From contig JAFGGO010000106.1 of NCBI GenBank assembly GCA_016930515.1, positions 1 to 50,434 of the forward strand: a DNA stretch of 50,434 bases. The letters are read 5' to 3'. The notes under the pieces were generated by a model. The model was not told where the DNA came from, did no database searches, and worked only from the letters and a program-made list of their open reading frames with translations. The position numbers and the translations under genes are program-made. The first letter of the stretch is position 1. Every line of letters begins with the position of its first letter. The stretch comes from Promethearchaeota archaeon. GTDB lineage: Archaea > Asgardarchaeota > Lokiarchaeia > Sigyniarchaeales > SOKP01. Positions 1 through 8,742 of the stretch are shown here, piece by piece.

Positions 1-118
1 ATAGATTATCTTCTAAAAAAAAAATTCCAGAATGATTCTTAAATGCACCTCAAACTTTTTTAACCAGATTATTTCTAAATTAAATAGAACAAAAAGTTAT
101 TTAGATTTTTTTTAAAAG

Positions 119-874
119 ATGATATCTAGAAATAAAAAATTCAAGTCTCGTATAAATTTTTTTTTTACATTAATCGTTCTAATATCATTTCTATTTGTTT
201 TACTATTTATCTGTCTTGGATATTATTTTTTTGTGCTTGAACCTCAATTAAAAACTCACATATTTTTTGCTGGAGTATCAGATATTGATAAAGAAAGGAT
301 AAAAACCTCTTTATTGGTTTTTATTACTTTCCTTGTTGCCTTAATCGCTATTTTTATCGCAATTACCTTAAGGGAATATAAAAATCACATCACGAGAAAA
401 ACAGTCCCAATCCACAGTAATCGATACCTAACAATCGATGATGTATTTGAAAACGAATACCGAAAAAAAATAATTAGCAAGATTATAGAACAACCAGGGA
501 TTCATAACAACGAGTTACTCAGGCAATGCAACATGCAAAACGGACAGTTAAAATGGCATTTAGATGTATTAGTGCAATATAACATCATCAAGCAAGTAAA
601 CATCGGTCAATATAATACTTTTTACCCTATTATTTCGTTATCTCAAGATTTAAAAATAGAAGAGTGCCTTCTTTCTAAATCTAAGACTACTTTAAGTATA
701 TTAGATATTATTAAACAAAAACCCGGAATTACTTCAAGTTCGGTTGCCCGACATTTAAAACTAGCTAGAAGTACGCTGAAATATCATGTTGATAAATTAA
801 TGAGAAAAGATTTAATTTCTTTGCATCGGAGTGGACGGAAAATAAAACTATATCCAAATCAACTTGAAAAATGA
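119..874 (+). CDS. Membrane-anchored transcriptional regulator with two winged-HTH (ArsR/MarR-like) domains
   Basis: Two N-terminal hydrophobic segments, then two HTH repeats (IIEQPGIHNNELLR...LKWHLDVL; IKQKPGITSSSVARHL...TLKYHVDKL). Confidence 0.75.
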   Translation: MISRNKKFKSRINFFFTLIVLISFLFVLLFICLGYYFFVLEPQLKTHIFFAGVSDIDKERIKTSLLVFITFLVALIAIFIAITLREYKNHITRKTVPIHSNRYLTIDDVFENEYRKKIISKIIEQPGIHNNELLRQCNMQNGQLKWHLDVLVQYNIIKQVNIGQYNTFYPIISLSQDLKIEECLLSKSKTTLSILDIIKQKPGITSSSVARHLKLARSTLKYHVDKLMRKDLISLHRSGRKIKLYPNQLEK

Positions 875-1207
875 CGAAGACATATTTCTTTTCGTCCCTA
901 ATTTACTTTTAAATTTCCTTTTTATATTCAATGCTAATAATATTGCTCAATTCTTCATTACTAAGGATTATTTTAACCATATTTTTTATTTTTCTACTTT
1001 TTAAAATATTAATTGTTGCTGTTGATTAATTTTTTCGTTAGGGTTGATTCTAATACCAAATTTATGTGAAAGTTATAACTTTTTAAAAAGTATAAATGAA
1101 AATTTTTTAAAAAAAATCTAATTTAACAAGTTGATTTTTCCTACAACCATGCCTTTCCAAGCATTGGAGAGAGAATTTATATAAATCAGAAATAAAACCG
1201 ACGAAAT

Positions 1208-1888
1208 TCATAAAATGAGATTATTTATCAAATCTTCAAGGATTAACAAGTAAAACGCCAAAAATATCAATAAGGCTCCGCTTATAATCCTCAATGAAGT
1301 CCTATATTTCAAGCGGAAATCGTTAAGTTTATCAGATTCCAAGCCCTATCTTAGCGCTACCAAGATTATGACTATAGGGACAACTAGTCCCGTTAAATAG
1401 CTTATTATAAACAGGATTAAAAGCGGGTCAATAAAAACATTATATAGAAGAGCGAGATAAACGCCTCCGAAACAAGGTATCTTGATCAAAACAAATATTA
1501 CGCCAACCAAGAAAGAATAAACAACAGAGTTTTTTTCGATGAAATTCCTCAACACGGATTTAACTTTCTCTGGCGTTCCAAAAATCACGCTTCTTTCTTT
1601 TTTACACTCAATTATTTGCCAAGCCCCAACGATTATCAACAATCCCGCAAAAATATACTTGAATAAATACAAGGTCACAAAAAAGCGAATGAAAAATAGA
1701 AATAAAATCGAAATAAAGATGTAAGCAACTATCAAACCCAAGATCAACCCCACCGAGATTTCAATGAATTTTCCTTTATCTTGAATTAGTATTAAAGAGG
1801 TTCCAAAAACGCTAAGCATTAATAAAATACACCAAGTGCTACCTATCAGCAATCCTTATAAAAAAGGTGTTAATAAATCAACAGCCAT
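1208..1888 (-). pseudogene. Cytochrome c biogenesis CcdA/DsbD-like membrane protein, interrupted by two in-frame stops
   Basis: ATG at 1888 reads MAVDLLTPFL*GLLIGSTWC... (TAA 1856-1858). The track ORF 1346..1852 has the IPCFGGVYLALL motif. The frame continues past TAG (1346-1348) as GLESDKLNDFRLKYRTSLRIISGALLIFLAFYLL... to TGA at 1208-1210. Confidence 0.7.
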
Positions 1889-2124
1889 CTTAAATGAATT
1901 CCTCTTATTGAGTGTGATTTGTATTTTAGTTACTGAATATAGTTAATTAGGTATTTTCTATTAGAAATAGATTTTGGAAGCTTGTAAAATATTTAACTTT
2001 TTAATTTCTCTCATTTCCAGTTAGTTTATTATCGAACATTTTTTTCTAAATAATTTTAAATATGAATTTTTAAATACAATTCTGTCTAAGTTAATTAAAA
2101 CAAAAAACACAAAGTGCATTAAAT

Positions 2125-2499
2125 ATGTCAAATGAAAGCGAAATGTTAGAAGAACTAAAAAAAATTCGAGAATTACTCACGCCCAAACTTGAGTCACAAA
2201 AAGAAAAACCAAAAAATCTCGCAAGGGAGTTTTTAGAATTTATTAAAAAATACAAAATACTCGGTCTTGCGACCGCTTTTATCCTCGGTCTGGCGATTAA
2301 CGCACTAATTCTATCGCTAGCTCAAGATATCATAACACCAATACTAGGGCTTCTAATCCCCGATTTTGAAAACATCAGCGATATAAAACTTGGTGTATTT
2401 GGTATTGGGAACTTCATTGCTGCAGCAATTAATTTTGTAATCATTGCGATTATAATATTTCTCATCGTGAAATACGCAGCAAAAATCGGAATCGAATAA
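2125..2499 (+). CDS. mscL: Large-conductance mechanosensitive channel MscL family
   Basis: EFLEFIKKYKILGLATAFILG...DIITPIL...GNFIAAAINFVIIAIIIF matches MscL TM1/TM2 signatures. Confidence 0.9.
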   Translation: MSNESEMLEELKKIRELLTPKLESQKEKPKNLAREFLEFIKKYKILGLATAFILGLAINALILSLAQDIITPILGLLIPDFENISDIKLGVFGIGNFIAAAINFVIIAIIIFLIVKYAAKIGIE

Positions 2500-2812
2500 A
2501 TCAACAAGAAAAAATAAAGTAATTACTACCTAATTCTTTCATTTTTTTAAATCTTGAACAATATTAATGATAGTATGAATGATGCAATTCGCAAATTTAA
2601 CTTAATTTTTTGAAGATAATTTCCTATAGAACTCTCAGAATGTGTCTGATCTAAATTATTCGAAAAGTAAGATTATATATCATAAGATTTATGTTTTAAT
2701 CGCTCCAGTTATTTCCGTGTTTATATAATGGGAATGAAAAAAAATGGGTATTTAATTAAAAAAATTATTCAATTTCGTTGCTTTTTGTAAATTCAACCCA
2801 CTAAATTTCTAT

Positions 2813-4291
2813 TCAAGGTAGTGCTAGCCTCCCGGGGTGCATTATCATATTTGGATCGAACATTTTTTTTATTTTTCTCAAGTATTTCCAGTACATCGCT
2901 GCTTGACTGTACATGAGTGGCGCATGGATGTATGGATCAGGACGATAGTTCAGCCATCCTTGTTTTAAGGAATATTCTGTTGTTTCCCTGTTAACCTCTT
3001 GAACCCTTTCTATATCTTCGTCTTTCGTCGAGTCAAAACATATGATTGGCATGCATAATGCCTGCCTGCAACGCTCAATGCTTGCTATCCACATGACGGG
3101 AGCAAATCCATGATTTTCTAACACAGAATTATACATTTCGGCAAAATGAGCGCATTCATTCCAAGGAGTATACCACGTAATGAATAAAAAGCCCGCTTCC
3201 CAAAGGCTGTAGGGTACGGCGATCTTATTGGGTTTTTTTAATCTACTTGCGATTTGTTTAGGGTGTAGTTCTTGAGGAATCATTTGATCAGGGTCGCGAC
3301 ATCTCGTCGATTTTCGATAATTCGAACAATATGTATTAATCGTGTCAACGCAATGATCTAATTCCTTTTGAGATTGAGCCCAAATCTCCCAATTCATCCA
3401 CCACTCTGAATATCCCTTATTTTTAAAAAATTCGAGATCGTGCGGTATTTTATCTTTAGGCCACCTACACATTACTATCCCGTAATTACCCCCTTGAACC
3501 ATGACTGTATTGTGAGCTACGCCAAATTCAAGCTTTCCGAGATCGAAGGTTACATCTTGCATATCGTACGGATTTCCCATACCCCAATTTACTAATGTTT
3601 TGAACTTGGGATGTGGATATATTTTCACGGCAATTTTAGTAATTACGCCCATCGTACCTTGACTACCCATAATTGTTGACCATATATCCGGTCCTAAACC
3701 GTATTTATAAAATGGTTTTGCAAAAGGCAAGGCCCAAGAACCCGTTCTTAAAATATCTCCGTTTGGAAACACTATCTCAGCGCACATAAAATTATCACCT
3801 TGTGGACCTACACTCGAAGTATACAGAGAAAAACCTCTATCGATTGCATCGCCCATAACTGTTGCAGCTGGTGGCGCTCCATCGGGAATAGGAGGAGCCC
3901 AATCAGGATGATGTTTGAGCATGAATGCCCAAATTTGACCGTTCGTAACTCCTGGTTCAACTACAACATATCGATTTTCTTCGTCTACTTCTATTATCCT
4001 GTTCATCCTACTTAGATCGATTAAAATCCCTGCAGGTTTTATAGTAGGGCAAGAAAAACCACCCGATAATCCCGCTGAAATGGGTGATACTGCTACTTTT
4101 TCCGAAGAGCAATATACTAGTATTTTCCGAATTTCCTCCATGTATTTTGGTCTAACAACGATATCTGGAATTTGACTTTCCAAACCCATGACAGATTTTG
4201 CAAGATAAGACGCTGTAATTGCTTTATTATTGGATGCATATTTTTTTCCTACAATACCTATCATTGCCTCTAAATCCTTATTATCTGGCAC
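2813..4291 (-). CDS. FAD-binding oxidoreductase (VAO/PCMH/GlcD family)
   Basis: PDIVVRP, ILIDLSRMNRIIEVD, VVEPGVT, GSQGTMGVITK and C-terminal KKMFDPNMIMHPG motifs. The start may lie 4 codons upstream (ATT). Confidence 0.9.
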   Translation of the reverse strand: MPDNKDLEAMIGIVGKKYASNNKAITASYLAKSVMGLESQIPDIVVRPKYMEEIRKILVYCSSEKVAVSPISAGLSGGFSCPTIKPAGILIDLSRMNRIIEVDEENRYVVVEPGVTNGQIWAFMLKHHPDWAPPIPDGAPPAATVMGDAIDRGFSLYTSSVGPQGDNFMCAEIVFPNGDILRTGSWALPFAKPFYKYGLGPDIWSTIMGSQGTMGVITKIAVKIYPHPKFKTLVNWGMGNPYDMQDVTFDLGKLEFGVAHNTVMVQGGNYGIVMCRWPKDKIPHDLEFFKNKGYSEWWMNWEIWAQSQKELDHCVDTINTYCSNYRKSTRCRDPDQMIPQELHPKQIASRLKKPNKIAVPYSLWEAGFLFITWYTPWNECAHFAEMYNSVLENHGFAPVMWIASIERCRQALCMPIICFDSTKDEDIERVQEVNRETTEYSLKQGWLNYRPDPYIHAPLMYSQAAMYWKYLRKIKKMFDPNMIMHPGRLALP

Positions 4292-4372
4292 TTTATACGA
4301 AATTTTGATACAACTCCATTATTTTCAATATTAATTTTATAGATTTGCTATGTGCATTGAGTGATTAAATCG

Positions 4373-4424
4373 TGTTAACAATATAAGGATTTCCATGCGC
4401 ATGTGAATGATCTTTATGTTAACA
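4373..4424. promoter_or_regulatory. Array of three palindromes (TGTTAACA / CATGCGCATG / ATGTTAACAT) in a divergent promoter region
   Basis: Palindrome centres at 4376.5, 4398.5 and 4420.5, exactly 22 bp apart. Confidence 0.5.
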
Positions 4425-4539
4425 TCTAAAAATATATTTATGTATAACACACTATTATAATGTGTAAACTACTTAAACCTGCAAAATATAGACATAATGC
4501 ATAGATTTTCAACAATTATTTATAAAAGTAACCTATAAC

Positions 4540-5217
4540 ATGACAGATAAAGCAGAAAGAGGAAAACCAAGGCTTCATACGACTATTTCCAAAGAAAAAG
4601 AAGATATTTTAAACAAATACGTTAATTTAATAGATACATACGGAAATGAAATTTATGGGAATAAATCTAGAGTTATTGAGAAAGCATTAGAATTATTATA
4701 CAATTACCACAATCCAGAAATTGAGGATTGCCAGACGATTTGGAATAGAACTAGAAACGAGCTTGGAATGGTATTACTGGGAAAGACTACTTTCCTTGCT
4801 CTTCTTTCTGGCGATTATAAGCAGGCATTTAAAGAAAATAACGTCTTGGAATTGATTGAGTGGTACAATGAGAAGCTAATTGATGATATTAGTCTTGAAG
4901 AATTATTAGAAGCAATTAAAGACTTGTGGGTGGTTTTAAATTTTTTTAATAAAATTCGATTACACAAAGGAAGTAAGGGAAATTATATCATGAGTTTCCA
5001 CCACGATTTTCAAAGCAAGGAATATGGCAAGTTCTGGGGAGGGTTTTTTAATATATTTTTACTTTTTCAAAAAGATTGTAACGTGGAATATTTTATTAGA
5101 GATTCCTTTGTACGTCTGGTTATAAATCCACCTGAAGCTGATTCAAAAAGAAGGACCGCTAAATATAATATAAAAAGAACTTTTGAAAAAACACATAATG
5201 TGGATAAAATGGATTAG
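4540..5217 (+). CDS. Hypothetical regulator: N-terminal ribbon-helix-helix-like segment plus C-terminal V4R-like domain (paralog 1)
   Basis: RLHTTISKEKEDIL...KSRVIEKALELL has a beta-alpha-alpha pattern. The C-terminal alpha/beta region contains HHDFQSKEYGKFWG. Confidence 0.5.
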   Translation: MTDKAERGKPRLHTTISKEKEDILNKYVNLIDTYGNEIYGNKSRVIEKALELLYNYHNPEIEDCQTIWNRTRNELGMVLLGKTTFLALLSGDYKQAFKENNVLELIEWYNEKLIDDISLEELLEAIKDLWVVLNFFNKIRLHKGSKGNYIMSFHHDFQSKEYGKFWGGFFNIFLLFQKDCNVEYFIRDSFVRLVINPPEADSKRRTAKYNIKRTFEKTHNVDKMD

Positions 5218-5268
5218 TCTGAATGATTATAAGAAATAAAAATGATTTATTTAAGACCAGGTTATTAA

Positions 5269-5922
5269 ATGAATAAAGACGAAGATAAAGGGAGACCGCG
5301 ACTTCATACAACCATTTCTATGGAAAAAGAAGTCATTTTAGACAAGCTTGTAAAATTACTTGATAAAAATGGAAATGAAATTTACGGTAATAAGTCAAAA
5401 GTAATTGAGAAAGCGTTAGAATTATTAGATAATTACCACAATCCCGTAAATGAAAAGTCTCAGAATATTTGGAATAGAGGGAGGAACGAACTGAAAATGG
5501 TGTTAATATCAAAGAAAAGCTTTCTAGGGCTCCTATTGGGTGGTTTTAAACAAGGTTTTAAAGAAAATAACGCCTTAGAAATTATTGAATGGTACAAACA
5601 GAAACGCGTGGACGATATGGATGTTATAGAGCTCTTGAGGGCAATAAAAGACATGTGGATTGCTTCAAATCTTTTTTATAGAATTGTAATTCATAAAAGA
5701 ACGGGTGGAAAATATATAATGGATTTTCATCACGAGTTTTATAGCAAAGAATTCGGTAGATTTTGGGGGGAGTATTTTAAAGAGTTTTTATCTCTTCATA
5801 AGTTTTGTAAAAGCGAATATATAGTCAGAAATTCGTCTTTGCGTCTTGAAATTAATCCAACTTATAAAAGTGAAGTATATAAATTAAAACCTTTTAAATT
5901 AAACAATTTTGATGGGAATTAA
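5269..5922 (+). CDS. Tandem paralog of 4540..5217
   Basis: Colinear similarity over the full length (RPRLHTTIS, GNEIYGNKS, FKENN.LE.IEWY, FHH.F.SKE.G.FWG). Confidence 0.6.
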   Translation: MNKDEDKGRPRLHTTISMEKEVILDKLVKLLDKNGNEIYGNKSKVIEKALELLDNYHNPVNEKSQNIWNRGRNELKMVLISKKSFLGLLLGGFKQGFKENNALEIIEWYKQKRVDDMDVIELLRAIKDMWIASNLFYRIVIHKRTGGKYIMDFHHEFYSKEFGRFWGEYFKEFLSLHKFCKSEYIVRNSSLRLEINPTYKSEVYKLKPFKLNNFDGN

Positions 5923-5994
5923 ATCGTATTAAAATTAGTTCTCATGCTATTAAATAGAATTTATATGAGTAAAGAATGAATTATAGTCGAGATT

Positions 5995-6040
5995 TACACT
6001 CGCCTGCCCCGATGACCGCCTTTACGCCTGCAGTGGTCAT
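5995..6040 (-). repeat. att-like direct repeat: displaced copy of the last ~15 codons of rps11
   Basis: 45/46 nt identical to 6939..6984; the single mismatch is 6018 vs 6962. Confidence 0.95.
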
Positions 6041-6082
6041 AAATGTTATTGTTTTTATTTTATCTCATTAAAGGGAAAAGCG

Positions 6083-6126
6083 ATGATAATACCAAATATA
6101 ATATATATTTTGGTGATAATTATCAT
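6083..6126. promoter_or_regulatory. Inverted-repeat operator upstream of the TA operon
   Basis: ACCAAA-N12-TTTGGT (6091-6114) encloses a TATA-like core. Palindrome TGATAATTATCA lies at 6114-6125. Confidence 0.5.
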
Positions 6127-6156
6127 AATAGGGAATAATATAAAATAGGATTTAAT

Positions 6157-6417
6157 ATGAATACTGAAATTCGAAAAGTAGATTCTCAAGGGAGGATCGT
6201 CCTTCCGCTCAATTGGAGAGAAAAAGAGCTAAAAAATGTGGACGAAGTAATAATAGTCGAAGAAGGAGGAATATTAAAAATTATTCCAAAAAAAAATTTT
6301 GAATTGGCAAAATTTTTTGATTCGATCCAATACGACAATGATCTCGTTGAAAAACTCGAAGATTGGTCGGAATTTGAACGCTTTATTTTAAATGAAAAAC
6401 AAAACGATACAAAATGA
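6157..6417 (+). CDS. AbrB/MazE/SpoVT-family antitoxin (VapB-like)
   Basis: RKVDSQGRIVLP...VIIVEEGGILKIIP motif; ATGA overlap with the downstream PIN gene. Confidence 0.85.
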   Translation: MNTEIRKVDSQGRIVLPLNWREKELKNVDEVIIVEEGGILKIIPKKNFELAKFFDSIQYDNDLVEKLEDWSEFERFILNEKQNDTK

Positions 6418-6864
6418 TTTATCTCGACGCCAATATCTTTATTTATGCCTTTTTCAAACCTAAAAAAGGAAAAGTTTTATCTGAAAAAATAAAATGGTGT
6501 AAGAATGAGGCAAAATCAATAATATCAAGTATAGACGCTGAAGAAAAACAGTATTGCATTTCTTTAATTCAATTATCGGAGGTTATTAACTTGTTAAAAA
6601 ACGCCATGAATTGGGATTCGTTACAAGAGTTCGTCATGGGCCTTATTTCAAATAACGCTATTGAGGTAATCTAAATAACCAAGTTAGAATACATTAATGC
6701 AGTTAGCAAGATGAAGGATTTGAAAATGGACGCTAACGATACATCAGCTTATCTCTTGATGAATAAAAAAAAACATAAAAGAGATTTATAATTTTGACAG
6801 GCATTTTGAGTTATTATCGGATAAAAAATGCCTTCCAGAAATACCCGAAAAATTTAAGAAATAA
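6414..6864 (+). pseudogene. PIN-domain (VapC-like) toxin, disrupted by a nonsense codon and a frameshift
   Basis: MIYLDANIFIYA...LSEV, then TAA 6672-6674. The frame continues ITKLEYINAV...MDANDTSAYLLM; removing one A from the A9 run (6765-6773) gives NIKEIYNFDRHF...KK* ending at 6864. Confidence 0.85.
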
Positions 6865-6937
6865 TAATTATCTGTCGTATTTTATAATAGTATATAATAA
6901 AAGAAGATTTGATGTAAATAATAAGTCATTGCAGGCT

Positions 6938-7339
6938 CTACACTCGCCTGCCCCGATGACCACCTTTACGCCTGCAGTGGTCATGACTCTTTGGAGTTGT
7001 CTCCTCGATTCTTCCCACGTTTAGCCCCGACCTCGCTAAAGCCCTGATGCAGGCCTGAGCGCCAGGACCTGGCGTTTGTGACTTGTTTCCGCCCGGTGCC
7101 CTTACTTTAATGTGTATTCCTGTGACTCCTTTATCCTTCAATTCGTTAGCGGTTCTAAATCCACATTGCATGGCAGCGTACGGATTTGATTGATCCCTAT
7201 CGGCCTTAACAACCATCCCGCCGCTACATTTCGCAAGCGTTTCTTGTCCGCTCAAATCGGTGGCAGTTACGATCGTGTTATTGTAGCTACTAAAAATGTG
7301 GACGATTGCCCAGTACTCTTTTCTATCTCTTTTACTCAT
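6938..7339 (-). CDS. rps11: 30S ribosomal protein uS11
   Basis: [33 protein letters not shown]. Confidence 0.98.
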   Translation of the reverse strand: MSKRDRKEYWAIVHIFSSYNNTIVTATDLSGQETLAKCSGGMVVKADRDQSNPYAAMQCGFRTANELKDKGVTGIHIKVRAPGGNKSQTPGPGAQACIRALARSGLNVGRIEETTPKSHDHCRRKGGHRGRRV

Positions 7340-7357
7340 GTTTTAAACCTCATTGCG

Positions 7358-7855
7358 TTATTTTTTGGCTCCCGCAAACGGACTTGCGCTCGCAAAGCTG
7401 ATAAAGTCTTCCTCTTCTCTTTTCACGAGATAAGAAGGGGAATTTACTCTTTTTTCTCCAACTTGAACGTGCTTGTGAACGATCATTTGTCTTGCCTCGT
7501 AAATCGATTTTGCCATGCCTTTTTCAAAAACCATGGTTTGCAACCTTCGTTTTAGTACTTCTTCGACCGTGAGCAATAGTATATCTTCGAACTCGGCTTC
7601 AGAGCCTAAAATGCCCAAGCGGTTCAATTTTCTAAGGAGTTCTTGCTGAACCTCCTTGGCTTGCTCGGGCGGAAGCGATCTCGACCTTCGAGCAATGTCT
7701 CTCCAGTTTCCCAGCATGGTACGCGATTTCCAGAACTCTCGCTTGTTTCTCAAGCCGTATTTTCCTAGAAATTCTAGCTCTTCAGCAAGTCTTTCCCTTT
7801 CGAAGGGTCGTTTGGGTTTCTTGAACTTTTTTTTTAGTCGTCTCGGGTCTCCCAT
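7358..7855 (-). CDS. rps4: 30S ribosomal protein uS4 (archaeal type)
   Basis: MGDPRR...YGLRNKRE...RRLQT...ARQMIVH.H...PSYLV. Confidence 0.98.
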   Translation of the reverse strand: MGDPRRLKKKFKKPKRPFERERLAEELEFLGKYGLRNKREFWKSRTMLGNWRDIARRSRSLPPEQAKEVQQELLRKLNRLGILGSEAEFEDILLLTVEEVLKRRLQTMVFEKGMAKSIYEARQMIVHKHVQVGEKRVNSPSYLVKREEEDFISFASASPFAGAKK

Positions 7856-8147
7856 TATACAATCACAATGCGCGTTTAAAGAAATAAGTTCTCAATTGTT
7901 CTTACTTCGTTAATTTGTACTTTAGTATAACGTAAGGACCATTATTAATTTTTTCATTTTCAACTTCTTTACTGGAAAATACCTTGAAACGATTGGATTA
8001 TATATTGATTTACAGGTCAAAATAACGATAGTGGAGGATACTATCAAATAATATTCGATCAACCATTTAATCTCGTACTGAAAGAATCTGATGTTTTTTT
8101 TAATAAATAGGCAAATCAAAAATAAGGTGGTGCGAGTAAATTTAGAA

Positions 8148-8633
8148 TTACTTTTGACCTCTTTTCTTCCGAACGACGCCAATAACAAGCCCGTGTCGAC
8201 CTGTGGATTTCGTTCGTTGACCCCTTACTTTCAATCGGAAGTGGTGCCTGACGCCCTTGTAGCTCTTGATGCGCTTCATTCGATCGATGTCTCGCTTTAC
8301 GGTAATGTCCAATTGGTTTCCTATAACGTGCTTGTCGCCTCCATCCCTGAGGTCGTTCTTTCGATTGACCATCCAATTTGGAACCCCGTATTTAATCGGG
8401 TCCAATATGATTTCTTCGATATTATTAAGGTCTTTTTCCCCCAACACTCCAATCCGGATGTTGGGATCCACATTTGCAACCATGACTACCGCTTGAGCAA
8501 ATCTCCGTCCCACGCCTCTAATTTGCGTTAAGGCGTGCTCCACTTTCGAGCTACCATCGACTTGCGATCGAAGCTTTCGGAAAAACACTTTTTCCCGATA
8601 ATTTTTTGGTCGTATTGCTGGTACCGAACTCAT
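8148..8633 (-). CDS. rps13: 30S ribosomal protein uS13
   Basis: ALTQIRGVGRRFA, PNWMVNR, SYKGVRH...VRGQRTKSTGR. Confidence 0.97.
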   Translation of the reverse strand: MSSVPAIRPKNYREKVFFRKLRSQVDGSSKVEHALTQIRGVGRRFAQAVVMVANVDPNIRIGVLGEKDLNNIEEIILDPIKYGVPNWMVNRKNDLRDGGDKHVIGNQLDITVKRDIDRMKRIKSYKGVRHHFRLKVRGQRTKSTGRHGLVIGVVRKKRGQK

Positions 8634-8742
8634 ATAAGATCAATTCTTTTATTAACTACTATGGTTAGTAAAAAGCAGAATTTAATATTAATTTTTTGGT
8701 TTCGATCTCTTAGAAGTAGGTTTTGAATTATTTAAGACAATT

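Larger units (their letters stand above)
5995..6984. mobile_element. Mini genomic island (toxin-antitoxin cassette) integrated at the 3' end of rps11
   Basis: 46-bp direct repeats 944 bp apart flank only an AbrB-type antitoxin and a PIN toxin pseudogene. The interior is very AT-rich. Confidence 0.7.

Noticed and set aside
157-166. T10 tract in the membrane regulator as a phase-variation switch
   Set aside because: The ORF is intact and homopolymers of this length are common throughout this AT-rich window
1346-1348. Pyrrolysine or recoded readthrough of the in-frame TAG
   Set aside because: The same gene also has an in-frame TAA, and TAG/TAA terminate many intact genes here; pseudogenisation is simpler
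5995-6984. CRISPR array or protospacer interpretation of the 46-bp repeat
   Set aside because: Only two copies 944 bp apart, one being rps11 coding sequence; no regularly spaced repeats or cas genes anywhere in the window
6794-8726. Overlapping track ORFs (6794..7024, 7190..7555, 7656..7913, 7922..8188, 8091..8531, 8116..8376, 8266..8496, 8535..8726)
   Set aside because: Antisense or alternate-frame shadows of ribosomal protein genes with no recognisable motifs
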